IMG/VR virus record: IMGVR_UViG_3300010885_069896
Coordinates: 21,983-85,982 of that record
Length of the DNA: 64,000 bases
From: a virus
Taxonomy: Duplodnaviria; Caudoviricetes
Direction: 5' to 3' (one strand)
Below the pieces are notes generated by a model, which saw nothing but the letters and a program-made list of their open reading frames with translations, was not told the DNA's origin and made no database searches. Within the stretch, counting starts at the first letter, position 1. The number at the start of each line of letters is the position of its first letter. Both the position numbers and the translations under genes were made by a program. This document shows, one piece after another, positions 40,550 through 50,113 of the stretch.

Positions 40550-41173
40550 ATGCCAACCGATCCCATAGCGCCTCCGACAACTCATGAAGCTGAAACAGAA
40601 AGATATGAAACGGCAGATCCTGACAAGTGTCCTGCCAAGGCATATCAAGGCCCACGTGGCGAAGGCAATGTTGGACAAAGAAACGATATTTCATTGAAGA
40701 ATGCGTTTCGGAATTCACCAATATATCAGCTAACGCCTAGTGTTTTTAAATCAGATGCTAAAAGAAAATTTTCATCATACGATAGAGAAAACGATTCATA
40801 TCGGATGTATAGAAGGAATTTTATTCCAGATGATACAGCGGGAGTGGAATATCAAACTGTAAGAGATAAAAATCTTTTACCTACAGAAATGGGCGGTTTA
40901 GGAAAACCAGCTACACCATTCAGCCCTAACGTAGCTTCACCAATTGTCCCAGAAGGCACTTTGTTTGCTGGCGTCAATCAAATAACAGATTCTGTCAAAG
41001 GTCTTAATATAAATGACACAGAACTATCAACCGCAATAACTGAATTGAATCCAATAAATTCTAATTATAAAAATCTTGATTCTCTCAACCACAACAATGA
41101 TGTGGGCGTTGTTCGTAGATTTACATTAGGAATTGGATCTACTATTGGGAAAACAAGAGCAAGAAGCACTTGA
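40550..41173 (+). CDS. Head-region paralogue 2 of 3 (unknown function)
   Basis: YRRNFIPD..AG, SPNVASP and RRFTLGIGST. Confidence 0.75.
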   Translation: MPTDPIAPPTTHEAETERYETADPDKCPAKAYQGPRGEGNVGQRNDISLKNAFRNSPIYQLTPSVFKSDAKRKFSSYDRENDSYRMYRRNFIPDDTAGVEYQTVRDKNLLPTEMGGLGKPATPFSPNVASPIVPEGTLFAGVNQITDSVKGLNINDTELSTAITELNPINSNYKNLDSLNHNNDVGVVRRFTLGIGSTIGKTRARST

Positions 41174-41247
41174 TAATTTCCTAATTCTATCTTTATTTCT
41201 AAGGTATGATATATTTATAAACACATTCAAGATAAATAGGTGTTATT

Positions 41248-41790
41248 ATGTCAGCAACCGTAAAATATGAAACAATTGATAATTCCGTTGGTAATAACAG
41301 AGAATATGGCCGTGGAGCCAGAAACTTAGGTAAAAGCGATCAATCAAATCTAACTAGAGCATTTATTTCCCCAGTCAACACTGGCGAATATACCGCACAA
41401 AATGCAGCGGAAATATTTGCAAGATATGACGGAGAAAATGTTAGCTATGGATTCGGCATGTATCGGCGTGATTTTAAACCAGATGGTGCTGCCGGTGATA
41501 TTTATTCTTCTCCAAGAGATAAAGATGAAACACCTACAGGTGCAGCCGGTCTACCAGCAACACCATATTCTCCAAACGTAGCATCCCCAGGAGAAGGAAA
41601 TGGTGTAACTGCTACCGCAATTTCTCAACAAGTTGTTGGTTTAGTACCAGTAAATGCAAGACCGCAAGAAATACTTAATCCAAAACTAGAAGTTTACCAA
41701 AATAAAGGCGAAGGTGCCGCAACAGGCAGAGTTCGCACGTTCAGATTAGGAATTGGTTCTGGCACAGCCAGAGATATTAGCAATCCATAA
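41248..41790 (+). CDS. Head-region paralogue 3 of 3 (unknown function)
   Basis: YRRDFKPD..AG, SPNVASP and RTFRLGIGS. Confidence 0.75.
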   Translation: MSATVKYETIDNSVGNNREYGRGARNLGKSDQSNLTRAFISPVNTGEYTAQNAAEIFARYDGENVSYGFGMYRRDFKPDGAAGDIYSSPRDKDETPTGAAGLPATPYSPNVASPGEGNGVTATAISQQVVGLVPVNARPQEILNPKLEVYQNKGEGAATGRVRTFRLGIGSGTARDISNP

Positions 41791-41829
41791 CATATATAAG
41801 ATTACATAGATATTTTTTAGGAGTTTACC

Positions 41830-43974
41830 ATGTCTACACCATTGTTTCAAGAAGCACTAATAGAAGCAAAAAAATTAAGAGAGGCCGCTACCATCGAAGC
41901 AAAAAATGCTGTAATGGAATCCATCTCTCCAGTTATTAAACAAATGATTGATAGAGAAATTAATGTAATACTGGAACAAGAAGAACCAGCAGATATGCCT
42001 CCACCAGCACCACCAGCACCAAGCCCAGATGCCGGTGCAGCTGCACCAATTGAGCCAGCTGGCGGTCCAGAGGCAGATATGGCTGCTCCAATGCCACCAG
42101 CGGCTGTTGCAGCGGCAGCACCCCCAATTGCTTCTCCAAATGCACAAGTTCTAGGCACAATAACAACTGGTCCCGATGGTGGACAAAGAATAACAATTCC
42201 AATAGACCAATTATTCCAGCCAGAAGTAAAACCAGCAGCAGCAGGAACGGAAATGGCACCCGCACCAGCGGAGGCCGCAGAACCGACTGCTCCACAACCA
42301 GTGCAAGCACCAGCACCGGGACCGGCAGAAATGTCTGCGCCAACAGAAGAGATGCCAAAATCTTTGGCAGAAATTTACAGTGCCGTCTCTAAATTAATTG
42401 CCGAACAAGCAGCGCCAGCGCCAGCAGTAGACCCAAATGCACCAGTAGCACCAGCACCAGCACCAGTAGCAGCAGTAGACCCAAATGCACCTCCTGCGCC
42501 TCCACCAGCACCAGTGCCAGTGGTAGACCCAAATGCATCTCCTGCGCCAATGGCAATGCCACCAGCTGCACCAGCACCAGTTCCTACTGCACAGCCAGTA
42601 CCAATTGCCCCTGCTCCAAACGCAGCAGCGCCAGTGGTAGATCCAAATGCACCTCCTGCGCCAATTCAAGAATATAAAAATTATAAACAAAAATTTGAAA
42701 AACTTGAAGAAGCGGTAACAGGACTTCGCAAAACAAATAAAACAAATAAAAATTTTATTAAAGAATCTTGTGAAAAAGAAATTTATTCTCTTTACACAAC
42801 TTTAATTAATCTCAAGGAAAATAATGCAATTTCCCCTAGACTCTTTTCTTTTAATGAAGAACGCTTGGAATTGCTACATGAAAATCTGAATTTAATATAT
42901 AGTTATACCAAAATTCCACTACTAAAAGGTAATAATATGCAAACAAAAAGAAAAGACTCATTAAAAGAATTCGCCAAATCACTCTTCGAAGGCGCAGAGG
43001 GATTTGAAAAAGCAGTTGGTCATGTAGATCCAGCTGGTGATGCAGAAGGTGGCGATGCAGAACATGCCCACAAAGCTTCTGGCAATCCTCATCATGTAAA
43101 AGCCGAAGCTGAAAAAGCTAAATTCCCAACCAAGCAAAAAAATGAATGGCCAGGGAAACCATCAGCAGAATCTCTTCTGGAACAGCTAGAAGAAGAAATT
43201 GCTGAATTCATGAGCGAAGGCGATGATGCTGATGAAATGGAAGAGGAAGTCGTGCTTGAACTAGATGAAAAAGAAGTAGTGGCAGAAGCCGCTCGTTCTC
43301 GCAAACGTCTACGTGCACTACGTGAACAAGCCGAAGCCGAAGCAGAAGATGATAGCTTAACTCTAGATATCGATCTTGATGGCGCAGGCGCAGAAGATGT
43401 TAATGTTAATGTTAATGTTAATGGCGAACCTGTCACTGGCGACGAAGATGAAGATATGGAGGGCATGGAAGATATGGAAGACGGCGAAGAAGATGCCGGT
43501 GAAGATATGGAAGATATGGAAGACGACGAAGAAGAAGAAGCCGCAGCCCTACAAGAAGTACGTAAGCTAGTTCGCAAAGAACTTCGCCTATTGGAATCTA
43601 AAGATTCAGAAGAAGAAGAAGAAGAAGAAGAAGAAGATAAAAAAGAATCAGTCAACGAAAACAAAGCTCTTCGTGGACAGCTTCAAGAAACCCAACTTCT
43701 TACCGCACGTTCGCTCTATTTAAACAAAATTTTTGTGAGAGACGATTTATCTGGGACACAAAAGCGCAAAATCGTTGAGTATCTAGATAGTGCTCGCACT
43801 ATTTCCGAAGCTAAAGAAGTTTACAATCGTATCGTCAAAGTCCTAAATACAGCTAAAAAATCAGGGATGATGAACGAATCTGTAGATGGTCGCCGCAACC
43901 TTAATGAAGGTCGCAACGAACCCGGCTTCGACACTACTCGCTGGCAAATTCTTGCTGGCGTGAAGAAATCTTGA
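41830..43974 (+). CDS. Prohead scaffold/core protein (gp22-like position), highly acidic and Pro/Ala-rich
   Basis: Immediately upstream of the MCP; AGGAG RBS; many LxE motifs; poly-Glu; helical C-terminus ending WQILAGVKKS. Confidence 0.7.
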   Translation: MSTPLFQEALIEAKKLREAATIEAKNAVMESISPVIKQMIDREINVILEQEEPADMPPPAPPAPSPDAGAAAPIEPAGGPEADMAAPMPPAAVAAAAPPIASPNAQVLGTITTGPDGGQRITIPIDQLFQPEVKPAAAGTEMAPAPAEAAEPTAPQPVQAPAPGPAEMSAPTEEMPKSLAEIYSAVSKLIAEQAAPAPAVDPNAPVAPAPAPVAAVDPNAPPAPPPAPVPVVDPNASPAPMAMPPAAPAPVPTAQPVPIAPAPNAAAPVVDPNAPPAPIQEYKNYKQKFEKLEEAVTGLRKTNKTNKNFIKESCEKEIYSLYTTLINLKENNAISPRLFSFNEERLELLHENLNLIYSYTKIPLLKGNNMQTKRKDSLKEFAKSLFEGAEGFEKAVGHVDPAGDAEGGDAEHAHKASGNPHHVKAEAEKAKFPTKQKNEWPGKPSAESLLEQLEEEIAEFMSEGDDADEMEEEVVLELDEKEVVAEAARSRKRLRALREQAEAEAEDDSLTLDIDLDGAGAEDVNVNVNVNGEPVTGDEDEDMEGMEDMEDGEEDAGEDMEDMEDDEEEEAAALQEVRKLVRKELRLLESKDSEEEEEEEEEDKKESVNENKALRGQLQETQLLTARSLYLNKIFVRDDLSGTQKRKIVEYLDSARTISEAKEVYNRIVKVLNTAKKSGMMNESVDGRRNLNEGRNEPGFDTTRWQILAGVKKS
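42427..42663 (+). repeat. Four copies of GTAGAYCCAAATGCA (VDPNA) in a Pro/Ala tract
   Basis: Copies at 42427, 42475 and 42523 (48-nt period) and at 42637. Confidence 0.85.
43609..43635 (+). repeat. (GAA)9 poly-Glu tract
   Basis: Nine consecutive GAA codons in the scaffold gene. Confidence 0.9.
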
Positions 43975-44039
43975 AATCAGCATATATTTAGAATTGACAC
44001 TATTAAGTGAATTTAAAAGGATATTAAGGAGAAAATAAA

Positions 44040-46049
44040 ATGTTATCAAAAACCCTAACACTCTCACAGCTCGCAGAAGGTATTCAACGTACCAGCGCAA
44101 CAGCAGGCAATGATCGCATCGTCGGCAAATGGAACAAAACCGGTCTACTAGAAGGTCTTTCAAACCTTGGTAAAGAAAAGATGGCACGCCTTCTTGAAAA
44201 CCAAGCTTGCGAAGTCCTCCGTGGCGGTTCCTCAATGCTTAACGAAAGCCTTTCCCTCTCCCAAGGTGGAGCAGGTATGGCTTCTAGCGGCCAAGTCGCT
44301 GGTTTTACCAACGTAGCATTCCCAATCGTCCGTAGAGTATTCGCTGGCCTAGTTGCCAACGAAGTAGTCTCCGTACAACCAATGAGCCTTCCATCAGGTC
44401 TGCTCTTTTATCTTGATTACACCTACGGTTCATACGTTGGTGGCGATGCTGGTCAAAACGTTTCAGGATACCCAGCAAATGGCACAACAACAGGTGGCCC
44501 AACCACAGCAGACCCAGGGGCAGCAACATATGCTCGTGGTAACTCACTATACACCAACCCATCCGGTTCCGCAATCCGCACCCAAGGTGCCCTTGCAGCT
44601 GGTGGTCAATATAACCTAATCGGTTCTGGTTACTCAAAAGTACACGTCCAAACCGCACTAACCTCATCTGGTATTCTTGTTGGTTCATGGCAAGGCGGCA
44701 CCACTTGGCTAACAGGTTCAACCGTTGCATCAGCTTCCGCAAACGTTGGTTACAATGCTCGTTTCAGTTCATATGACCCAACACTCGCAGCTGACGTAGA
44801 AGTTGCTGCAAGAGATTTCACATTCCTTGTTATGACTGCTTCACACTTTACAGACAGAGTTGCTGGTGCAGATCTTCAATCAGTTGATCAAATTGCTCTG
44901 GTTGGCTTCGGTGTTTCAGGCACTGTCGGTGGCGCACAAGTATTCTCACCTGTTCCAGCGACCTATCAGGCTGGCGAAGGCGTACTAAACTTCCGTCGTT
45001 TCAACCAACGTGGCAACTGGGATGCATCAGCACTGACCTTCACCCCAGCACCATTCGATGGCTCACACGTTCTATTTGTAATGAACGTTGCAAATGGCGC
45101 AGGTACCGTTTTACTCCCAGGCACTGGTCTTGGCGCAGTAACAACCGCAGTAACTGCTTCAGTTGTAATTGGCGATTCACTCTCAGTAAATGCTGATGGT
45201 TCAACCCTCACCATTCCAAGCTTTGAATCCAACTTTGCAACCAGCACAGCACAGCCAGTGATTCCAGATGTGGACATCAAAATTGAATCAGTTGCCGTAA
45301 CAGCAACAACCCGTAAACTCCGTGCACGTTGGTCCCCAGAAATGGCACAAGACCTCACTGCATTCTACTCAATCGATGTAGAAGCTGAGCTTACCAATAT
45401 TCTCTCAGAAATGATCACTCTCGATATCGACCGTGAAATTCTAAACGACCTCCTTACACAAGCTCAAGCAGCTAACTACTTCTGGAGCCGTGCCCCAGGT
45501 CGCTTTGTTAACAAATACACCGGTTCAGAAGTTGCACGTACAGCTTCCGGCGTATATCCAGGTCCAAACTTCACAGGCACCGTCCGTGAATGGTACGAAA
45601 CCCTCATCGAAACCATCACTGATGCAGCCAACGTCATCCACAAGAAAACCCTTCGTGGTTCAGGCAACTTCATTGTTTGCTCACCAGAAGTTGGTACCAT
45701 CCTTGAAGCAACCGTTGCTTACCGTGCAAACTACAAAATCGACAGCGATGGCCAAGTTCGTGACAACATGAGCATCGGCGCAGAAGCAGTCGGCACCGTA
45801 AACGGTCGCTACTCAGTGTTCGTTGACCCATACTTCCCAGTGAACAAAGTTCTCGTGGGCCTCAAAGGTTCAACCTTCCTAGAATCAGGGTATATCTATG
45901 CTCCATACGTGCCCCTCATTCTAACTCCAGTCATCTATGCACAAGATGACTTCACCCCAAGAAAAGGGATTATGACTAGATACGGGAAAAAAATGGTGAG
46001 AGCTGATTTCTACGCAACCGTCACCTGCCTAGACATGTCAATAATCTGA
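44040..46049 (+). CDS. gp23: Major capsid protein (T4 gp23-like)
   Basis: KWNKTGLLEGL, AFPIVRRVFAGLVANEVVSVQPMSLPSGLLFYLD, TRKLRARWSPEMAQDL, EIDREI-like DIDREIL, and YAPYVPL...FTPRKGIMTRYG motifs; strong AAGGAG RBS. Confidence 0.96.
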   Translation: MLSKTLTLSQLAEGIQRTSATAGNDRIVGKWNKTGLLEGLSNLGKEKMARLLENQACEVLRGGSSMLNESLSLSQGGAGMASSGQVAGFTNVAFPIVRRVFAGLVANEVVSVQPMSLPSGLLFYLDYTYGSYVGGDAGQNVSGYPANGTTTGGPTTADPGAATYARGNSLYTNPSGSAIRTQGALAAGGQYNLIGSGYSKVHVQTALTSSGILVGSWQGGTTWLTGSTVASASANVGYNARFSSYDPTLAADVEVAARDFTFLVMTASHFTDRVAGADLQSVDQIALVGFGVSGTVGGAQVFSPVPATYQAGEGVLNFRRFNQRGNWDASALTFTPAPFDGSHVLFVMNVANGAGTVLLPGTGLGAVTTAVTASVVIGDSLSVNADGSTLTIPSFESNFATSTAQPVIPDVDIKIESVAVTATTRKLRARWSPEMAQDLTAFYSIDVEAELTNILSEMITLDIDREILNDLLTQAQAANYFWSRAPGRFVNKYTGSEVARTASGVYPGPNFTGTVREWYETLIETITDAANVIHKKTLRGSGNFIVCSPEVGTILEATVAYRANYKIDSDGQVRDNMSIGAEAVGTVNGRYSVFVDPYFPVNKVLVGLKGSTFLESGYIYAPYVPLILTPVIYAQDDFTPRKGIMTRYGKKMVRADFYATVTCLDMSII

Positions 46050-46088
46050 GCCGGTAAAACAAGTCATTTATTACAGTGACCTGTTTGG

Positions 46089-46130
46089 AAAGGGTGTCAG
46101 GACTTCGGTTCTGATGCCCTTTTTATTTTT
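46089..46130 (+). terminator. Rho-independent terminator after the MCP gene
   Basis: AGGGTGTCAGGAC-TTCG-GTTCTGATGCCCT, a 13-bp stem (3 G-U pairs) with a C(UUCG)G loop followed by a T-run. Confidence 0.9.
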
Positions 46131-46193
46131 AAATCATATACATAATATAACAAAAACTGTATCCTTTAAAACATAAAGGATTGATTACGTTAT

Positions 46194-48350
46194 ATGGCAA
46201 GACCGTTTGTTCCGCATAAAAGAGGGATATATAAAATAACAAATACGACCAATGGCAAATTTTATATTGGTAGTAGTATCCATATAACTAAGAGATGGTG
46301 GTCACATAAAACTTTGCTTACAACAGGGAATCATATTAATGTTCATTTGCAAAAATCTTGGAATTTATATGGGGAAAATAGCTTTCAATTTATTATAATT
46401 GAAGAAATGCCAAGTGCTTCACACGAAGAGATTATAAAAAGAGAACAAGAATTAATTAATTTATATCATGATGACGGATTAAATTGTTATAATACTTCGA
46501 AAAATGCTGGTGGCATAGATTTTGAATCTAAAAAAATTCCTATTCTACAAATTGATAAAGATACTCGCAAAGTCATCAGAGAGTGGCCTTCGGCTGCTGA
46601 TGTGGAGCGTGAATTGGGATTTGGTGCGGGATGCATTTATAATGCCTGTAAAGGTCGTTTAATAACGTTTGGTGGTTATAGATGGATATATGCTGATAAG
46701 GAAAGAGCATCAAAATATATTGTAAAAGAAGGCAAACATGGTGGACATAACAAAAGATCCGTTATTTGTTTGAATGATGGAAAATTTTATGATAGTGTTG
46801 CAGAAGCTGCAATGAGCTATGGTGTAAGATACACTGAGATCATCTCGGTATGTGCCAATAGATTTGAGCACATTAAATCTTTAAAATTCAAATACTCCAC
46901 AGATGAGAATCATATTTTAGAGAATGACATTAAGAGACAGGTATGCATAATTTGTAACATTAGTTTTTCAAATGCAAGGTCTTTTGCAACACACGTTCAA
47001 TTTTTTCACAAAATTACAACTGAGCAATATACGATAGATTATTGTCTTAATGGCATAAGACCTCCGTGTAAGCATGAAAAATGTTTAAATTCAGTTCGTT
47101 ATGTTTCATTTGGATTTAAAGATTATTGCAAGGATCATTCTTCGCTGGCCGAGAGTGATGCGGGTAAAAAAGGTCAACGAATTAAAAAGCAGAACAACTT
47201 AGATAAGGTTAGAATAATGACAAACAATATTACAAGCAGCCAAGATCCATATGATTATGGTGATACGGTATGTTTAAAGTGGCATGGTAATGATATTACA
47301 AAAGACTATACCAAATCCTTATCTGAGGAAGAAAGAGAAAATCTGGTATTAGAATTATTTGACTTTTATAGATCTACTGGATTCCCTTACCCACGCCATA
47401 AGGATTTAGCAATGTCTAAGGAGTGGATTAAGTTAAAAACAAAATCTATTGAGGCTGATTCAGCCAAGCAGATATCTAATAAGAATCGTGCTGGTATGGA
47501 TATTGTACAGCATTTTACTGCTGAGCAATTTTACAATGTATCTTCCGATTCTTCTCCTAGTATGTTGGAGGCTTTTAATACTGATAAGACATTGAAGGCA
47601 GTGTTAAAGAATAGAATTGTTCGTTATTTCGGATATTTTAATATTCACGGTGCTATGTTGCGGCAAGGTTTTCGTTCGACACGTTCTAGTGCTGTTGTTT
47701 CTAATTTTAATTGTCTGTTGGCAAAATATTTTTATGAAAATTATTCTAAAAACGGCGACTGGGTTTATGATTATTCTATGGGATTTGGTCAACGAATGAT
47801 TGCTGCAATGTCTTGTGGCAGGAATTATGTTGCATGTGATCCATGGACAGCGAACATTGAATCAGGGCATAAAATAAAAGAATTTATTGGTGGCATTGAT
47901 AGTGATGTAAAAGATTTTGCAGTTGAACTAAACAATGTGGGTTCAGAATCATATTGTCCAGAAGACAAGAAGGGTAAATTCTCTCTTGCATTTTCCTCAC
48001 CGCCTTACTTCTCCAAAGAGATTTATGATAAATCAGAGAATGGTCAAAGTACTGATGGCCGAGGATATCAGGAATGGATCGACGGCTGGTGGGATACTGT
48101 TGTAAAAAACATTGATAGTTTGCTTAGTGAAGATGGTGTATTTATTCTTAATATGGTTTCCGTTTTGGATGGTAAACACAATATACTTGACGATATGCTC
48201 AAGGTGTGTAAAAATCATGGGTTTGAGGAAGTAGACAGGTACTTCATTCAGATGTCACATGGTCATTTTACAAAATATAAAAAATCTGCTGAAGAGCGTG
48301 AAGATTTTATTCATAAATCAGAACCAATTGTAGTGATGAGGAGAGCATGA
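46194..48350 (+). CDS. GIY-YIG endonuclease / NUMOD1 / zinc finger fused in frame to an amino-type DNA methyltransferase
   Basis: N-terminal GIYKITN..FYIGSS..RW..H..E..CYN, two NUMOD1-like modules and a C2H2-like CIIC...H...H; C-terminal half has SAM-binding-like VYDYSMGFGQR and catalytic FSSPPYF. Possible internal start ATG at 47217. Confidence 0.82.
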   Translation: MARPFVPHKRGIYKITNTTNGKFYIGSSIHITKRWWSHKTLLTTGNHINVHLQKSWNLYGENSFQFIIIEEMPSASHEEIIKREQELINLYHDDGLNCYNTSKNAGGIDFESKKIPILQIDKDTRKVIREWPSAADVERELGFGAGCIYNACKGRLITFGGYRWIYADKERASKYIVKEGKHGGHNKRSVICLNDGKFYDSVAEAAMSYGVRYTEIISVCANRFEHIKSLKFKYSTDENHILENDIKRQVCIICNISFSNARSFATHVQFFHKITTEQYTIDYCLNGIRPPCKHEKCLNSVRYVSFGFKDYCKDHSSLAESDAGKKGQRIKKQNNLDKVRIMTNNITSSQDPYDYGDTVCLKWHGNDITKDYTKSLSEEERENLVLELFDFYRSTGFPYPRHKDLAMSKEWIKLKTKSIEADSAKQISNKNRAGMDIVQHFTAEQFYNVSSDSSPSMLEAFNTDKTLKAVLKNRIVRYFGYFNIHGAMLRQGFRSTRSSAVVSNFNCLLAKYFYENYSKNGDWVYDYSMGFGQRMIAAMSCGRNYVACDPWTANIESGHKIKEFIGGIDSDVKDFAVELNNVGSESYCPEDKKGKFSLAFSSPPYFSKEIYDKSENGQSTDGRGYQEWIDGWWDTVVKNIDSLLSEDGVFILNMVSVLDGKHNILDDMLKVCKNHGFEEVDRYFIQMSHGHFTKYKKSAEEREDFIHKSEPIVVMRRA

Positions 48351-49150
48351 AAGATTTATATATCAACAAACATTCTGTTATGGGAATGTTATCAAAAAAT
48401 CAAACCATTATTGAAGACAGTCTTTCCATTAGAAGAAATAAGAATAAAATCTTATGTTTTGATGAGGAGTCTGCCAGATCATATATTGGTATTTACAAAG
48501 ATATTAATCTTGGATATTTTACTAAGAAAATAAAATCTGAAGACATGAGTTTTTATGGAAAAAGCACTGCTGTAATCACTGGGCCTTTTTCAAAAAACAA
48601 TTTCCTTGAATTTAAAGGTAGAGAATACGAAGAATACAGAGAGACAATTAATAGTCTTGATAAGAAGCTTTTGATCAGCGAACAAATGATTAGTCCTCTT
48701 GATGTTATTGGTGTTGTAGATGAATGGAATGAATTAGCTGGGAAAAGGAAGTATGGATGGCAATTGCATTCTGGTTATGATAAAAACTTCTTCCATTCTC
48801 AATATTTCGAACAAGAGAAGGAAAATTTACAGACATTGTTTTTTTATGACAAAGAAACAATGAAGTGCGTTGGCTATTCAGTAATTTCTAAAAATGCAGA
48901 TGATAAAAATTTAGATCATCCTTTGTTTTCGTATTTGATCAGGAAATATATTCCATCAAAAGAATATAAAAATCTATGCCTTTATATTGATTTAAAGACC
49001 ATCCAGAGGCTAGTAACGGATCAAGACAAGGAATGTCTAGTTCACTGGGGAGCTTCCTCTGGAGGGGTTTTAAATTACAAATTAGGTAAATTCAAAAATT
49101 TTATTTATAAAAGCTATGATGTTTGGTTTGGAAAAATCAAGGCTCAATAG
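48347..49150 (+). CDS. Hypothetical protein, possible GNAT/DUF2156-like acyltransferase fold
   Basis: ATGA-coupled to the methyltransferase; C-terminal VGYSVIS...LCLYID...VHWGASSGGVLNYK resembles the end of FemAB/DUF2156-type GNAT domains. Confidence 0.5.
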   Translation: MKDLYINKHSVMGMLSKNQTIIEDSLSIRRNKNKILCFDEESARSYIGIYKDINLGYFTKKIKSEDMSFYGKSTAVITGPFSKNNFLEFKGREYEEYRETINSLDKKLLISEQMISPLDVIGVVDEWNELAGKRKYGWQLHSGYDKNFFHSQYFEQEKENLQTLFFYDKETMKCVGYSVISKNADDKNLDHPLFSYLIRKYIPSKEYKNLCLYIDLKTIQRLVTDQDKECLVHWGASSGGVLNYKLGKFKNFIYKSYDVWFGKIKAQ

Positions 49151-49481
49151 TTTTTGAAAGATTTTCTTTAAATTCAGAAGCATTCTGTGTTACGTCTGGA
49201 TTAATCCTCCTCCAGCTTCCCATGTGGCCAATTTTAAGATGGCATTTGGTTTCTTTATTTTCACATAAGGTTATTAAATTATTTCTATCCAGTTCAAGTT
49301 CTGGGTAAAGATGAAATGGCTTAATGTGATGTACTTGTGTATTAACATTGCGCCCACATGCTGCACATGTTGGATATATTTCCAAATGATATTCTCTAAC
49401 ATTATCCCACCTTGGGGATCGTACTTTAAGCGGTTTACCTTTTACAGCTTCTTTTATCGCCTTGTATAATCTTTTAATCAT
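49137..49481 (-). CDS. Small HNH endonuclease
   Basis: CAACG...VHHIKPFHLYPELELDRNNLITLC....CHLKIGH zinc-binding HNH signature. Confidence 0.88.
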   Translation of the reverse strand: MIKRLYKAIKEAVKGKPLKVRSPRWDNVREYHLEIYPTCAACGRNVNTQVHHIKPFHLYPELELDRNNLITLCENKETKCHLKIGHMGSWRRINPDVTQNASEFKENLSKTIEP

Positions 49482-49513
49482 GATAATAAATATATATTAA
49501 TGGAGGTAAACTT

Positions 49514-49762
49514 ATGAATATTAAAGATTCAATCGGGGAGTTGGTAAAAGAAGCTATTTTTGAATGCTTGGTAGAGGGTAAATTTTCTGCTGCGGTAGAG
49601 AAAATAATAAAGAAAAGACTAAAACCAGAGTATGGTGATCCATATAAGATCAAAGATCCAGAAAAACGTAAAGCTGCATCGGCAAAAGTCTTTGGGACTG
49701 CAATGAAAATTCAAAAGGCGATGGATGATAAAAAGAAAAGAATGAAGAAAAAAAGCAAATAG
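49514..49762 (+). CDS. Small basic hypothetical protein
   Basis: GGAGG RBS; IGELVKEAIFECLVEG N-terminal motif. Confidence 0.65.
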   Translation: MNIKDSIGELVKEAIFECLVEGKFSAAVEKIIKKRLKPEYGDPYKIKDPEKRKAASAKVFGTAMKIQKAMDDKKKRMKKKSK

Positions 49763-49815
49763 ATATTATTTATTTACAACGCCAATAATATCTATAGGCT
49801 ATAGGAGAATATAAA

Positions 49816-50052
49816 ATGAAAATTACCGTAAGACAATTAAAACAACTTATCCGTGAAGCAACCGAAGAAGCAGTTCAGGAAATGCATGGTCACATGCATG
49901 CAGATAAAGAAGATAAAGATATGCCAGAAGAAGGCATGTATGAAGAAGGCATGCATGAAGAAATGCCAGAAAAAGAAGAAGCCGTAATGATGGAAGCAGT
50001 GAAAGCTGCATATCGTGCCGGTCTTCGCAAAGGCCGCTCAACCCGCCGCTGA
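49816..50052 (+). CDS. Small acidic protein, probable internal head protein
   Basis: AGGAG RBS; MKITVRQLKQLIREATEEAVQE; EEGM repeats. Confidence 0.7.
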   Translation: MKITVRQLKQLIREATEEAVQEMHGHMHADKEDKDMPEEGMYEEGMHEEMPEKEEAVMMEAVKAAYRAGLRKGRSTRR

Positions 50053-50083
50053 TTTGAACTAGTAAGAAAACAATAAATATTAA

Positions 50084-50110
50084 AGAAAGCCCAGGGTTCC
50101 TGGGCTTTCT
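50084..50110. terminator. Bidirectional hairpin terminator between convergent genes
   Basis: Perfect 12-bp stem AGAAAGCCCAGG-GTT-CCTGGGCTTTCT between ORFs ending at 50052 (+) and 50114 (-). Confidence 0.8.
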
Positions 50111-50113
50111 GCT

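Noticed and set aside
43092-43664. 190-aa antisense Ser-rich ORF (also 41847..42690 antisense ORFs)
   Set aside because: These are mirror images of the GAA/GAT- and CCA/GCA-rich scaffold codons, with no independent coding signal.
44084-45771. Alternative-frame and antisense ORFs within the MCP gene
   Set aside because: Explained by the MCP's biased codon usage, which leaves few stops in other frames.
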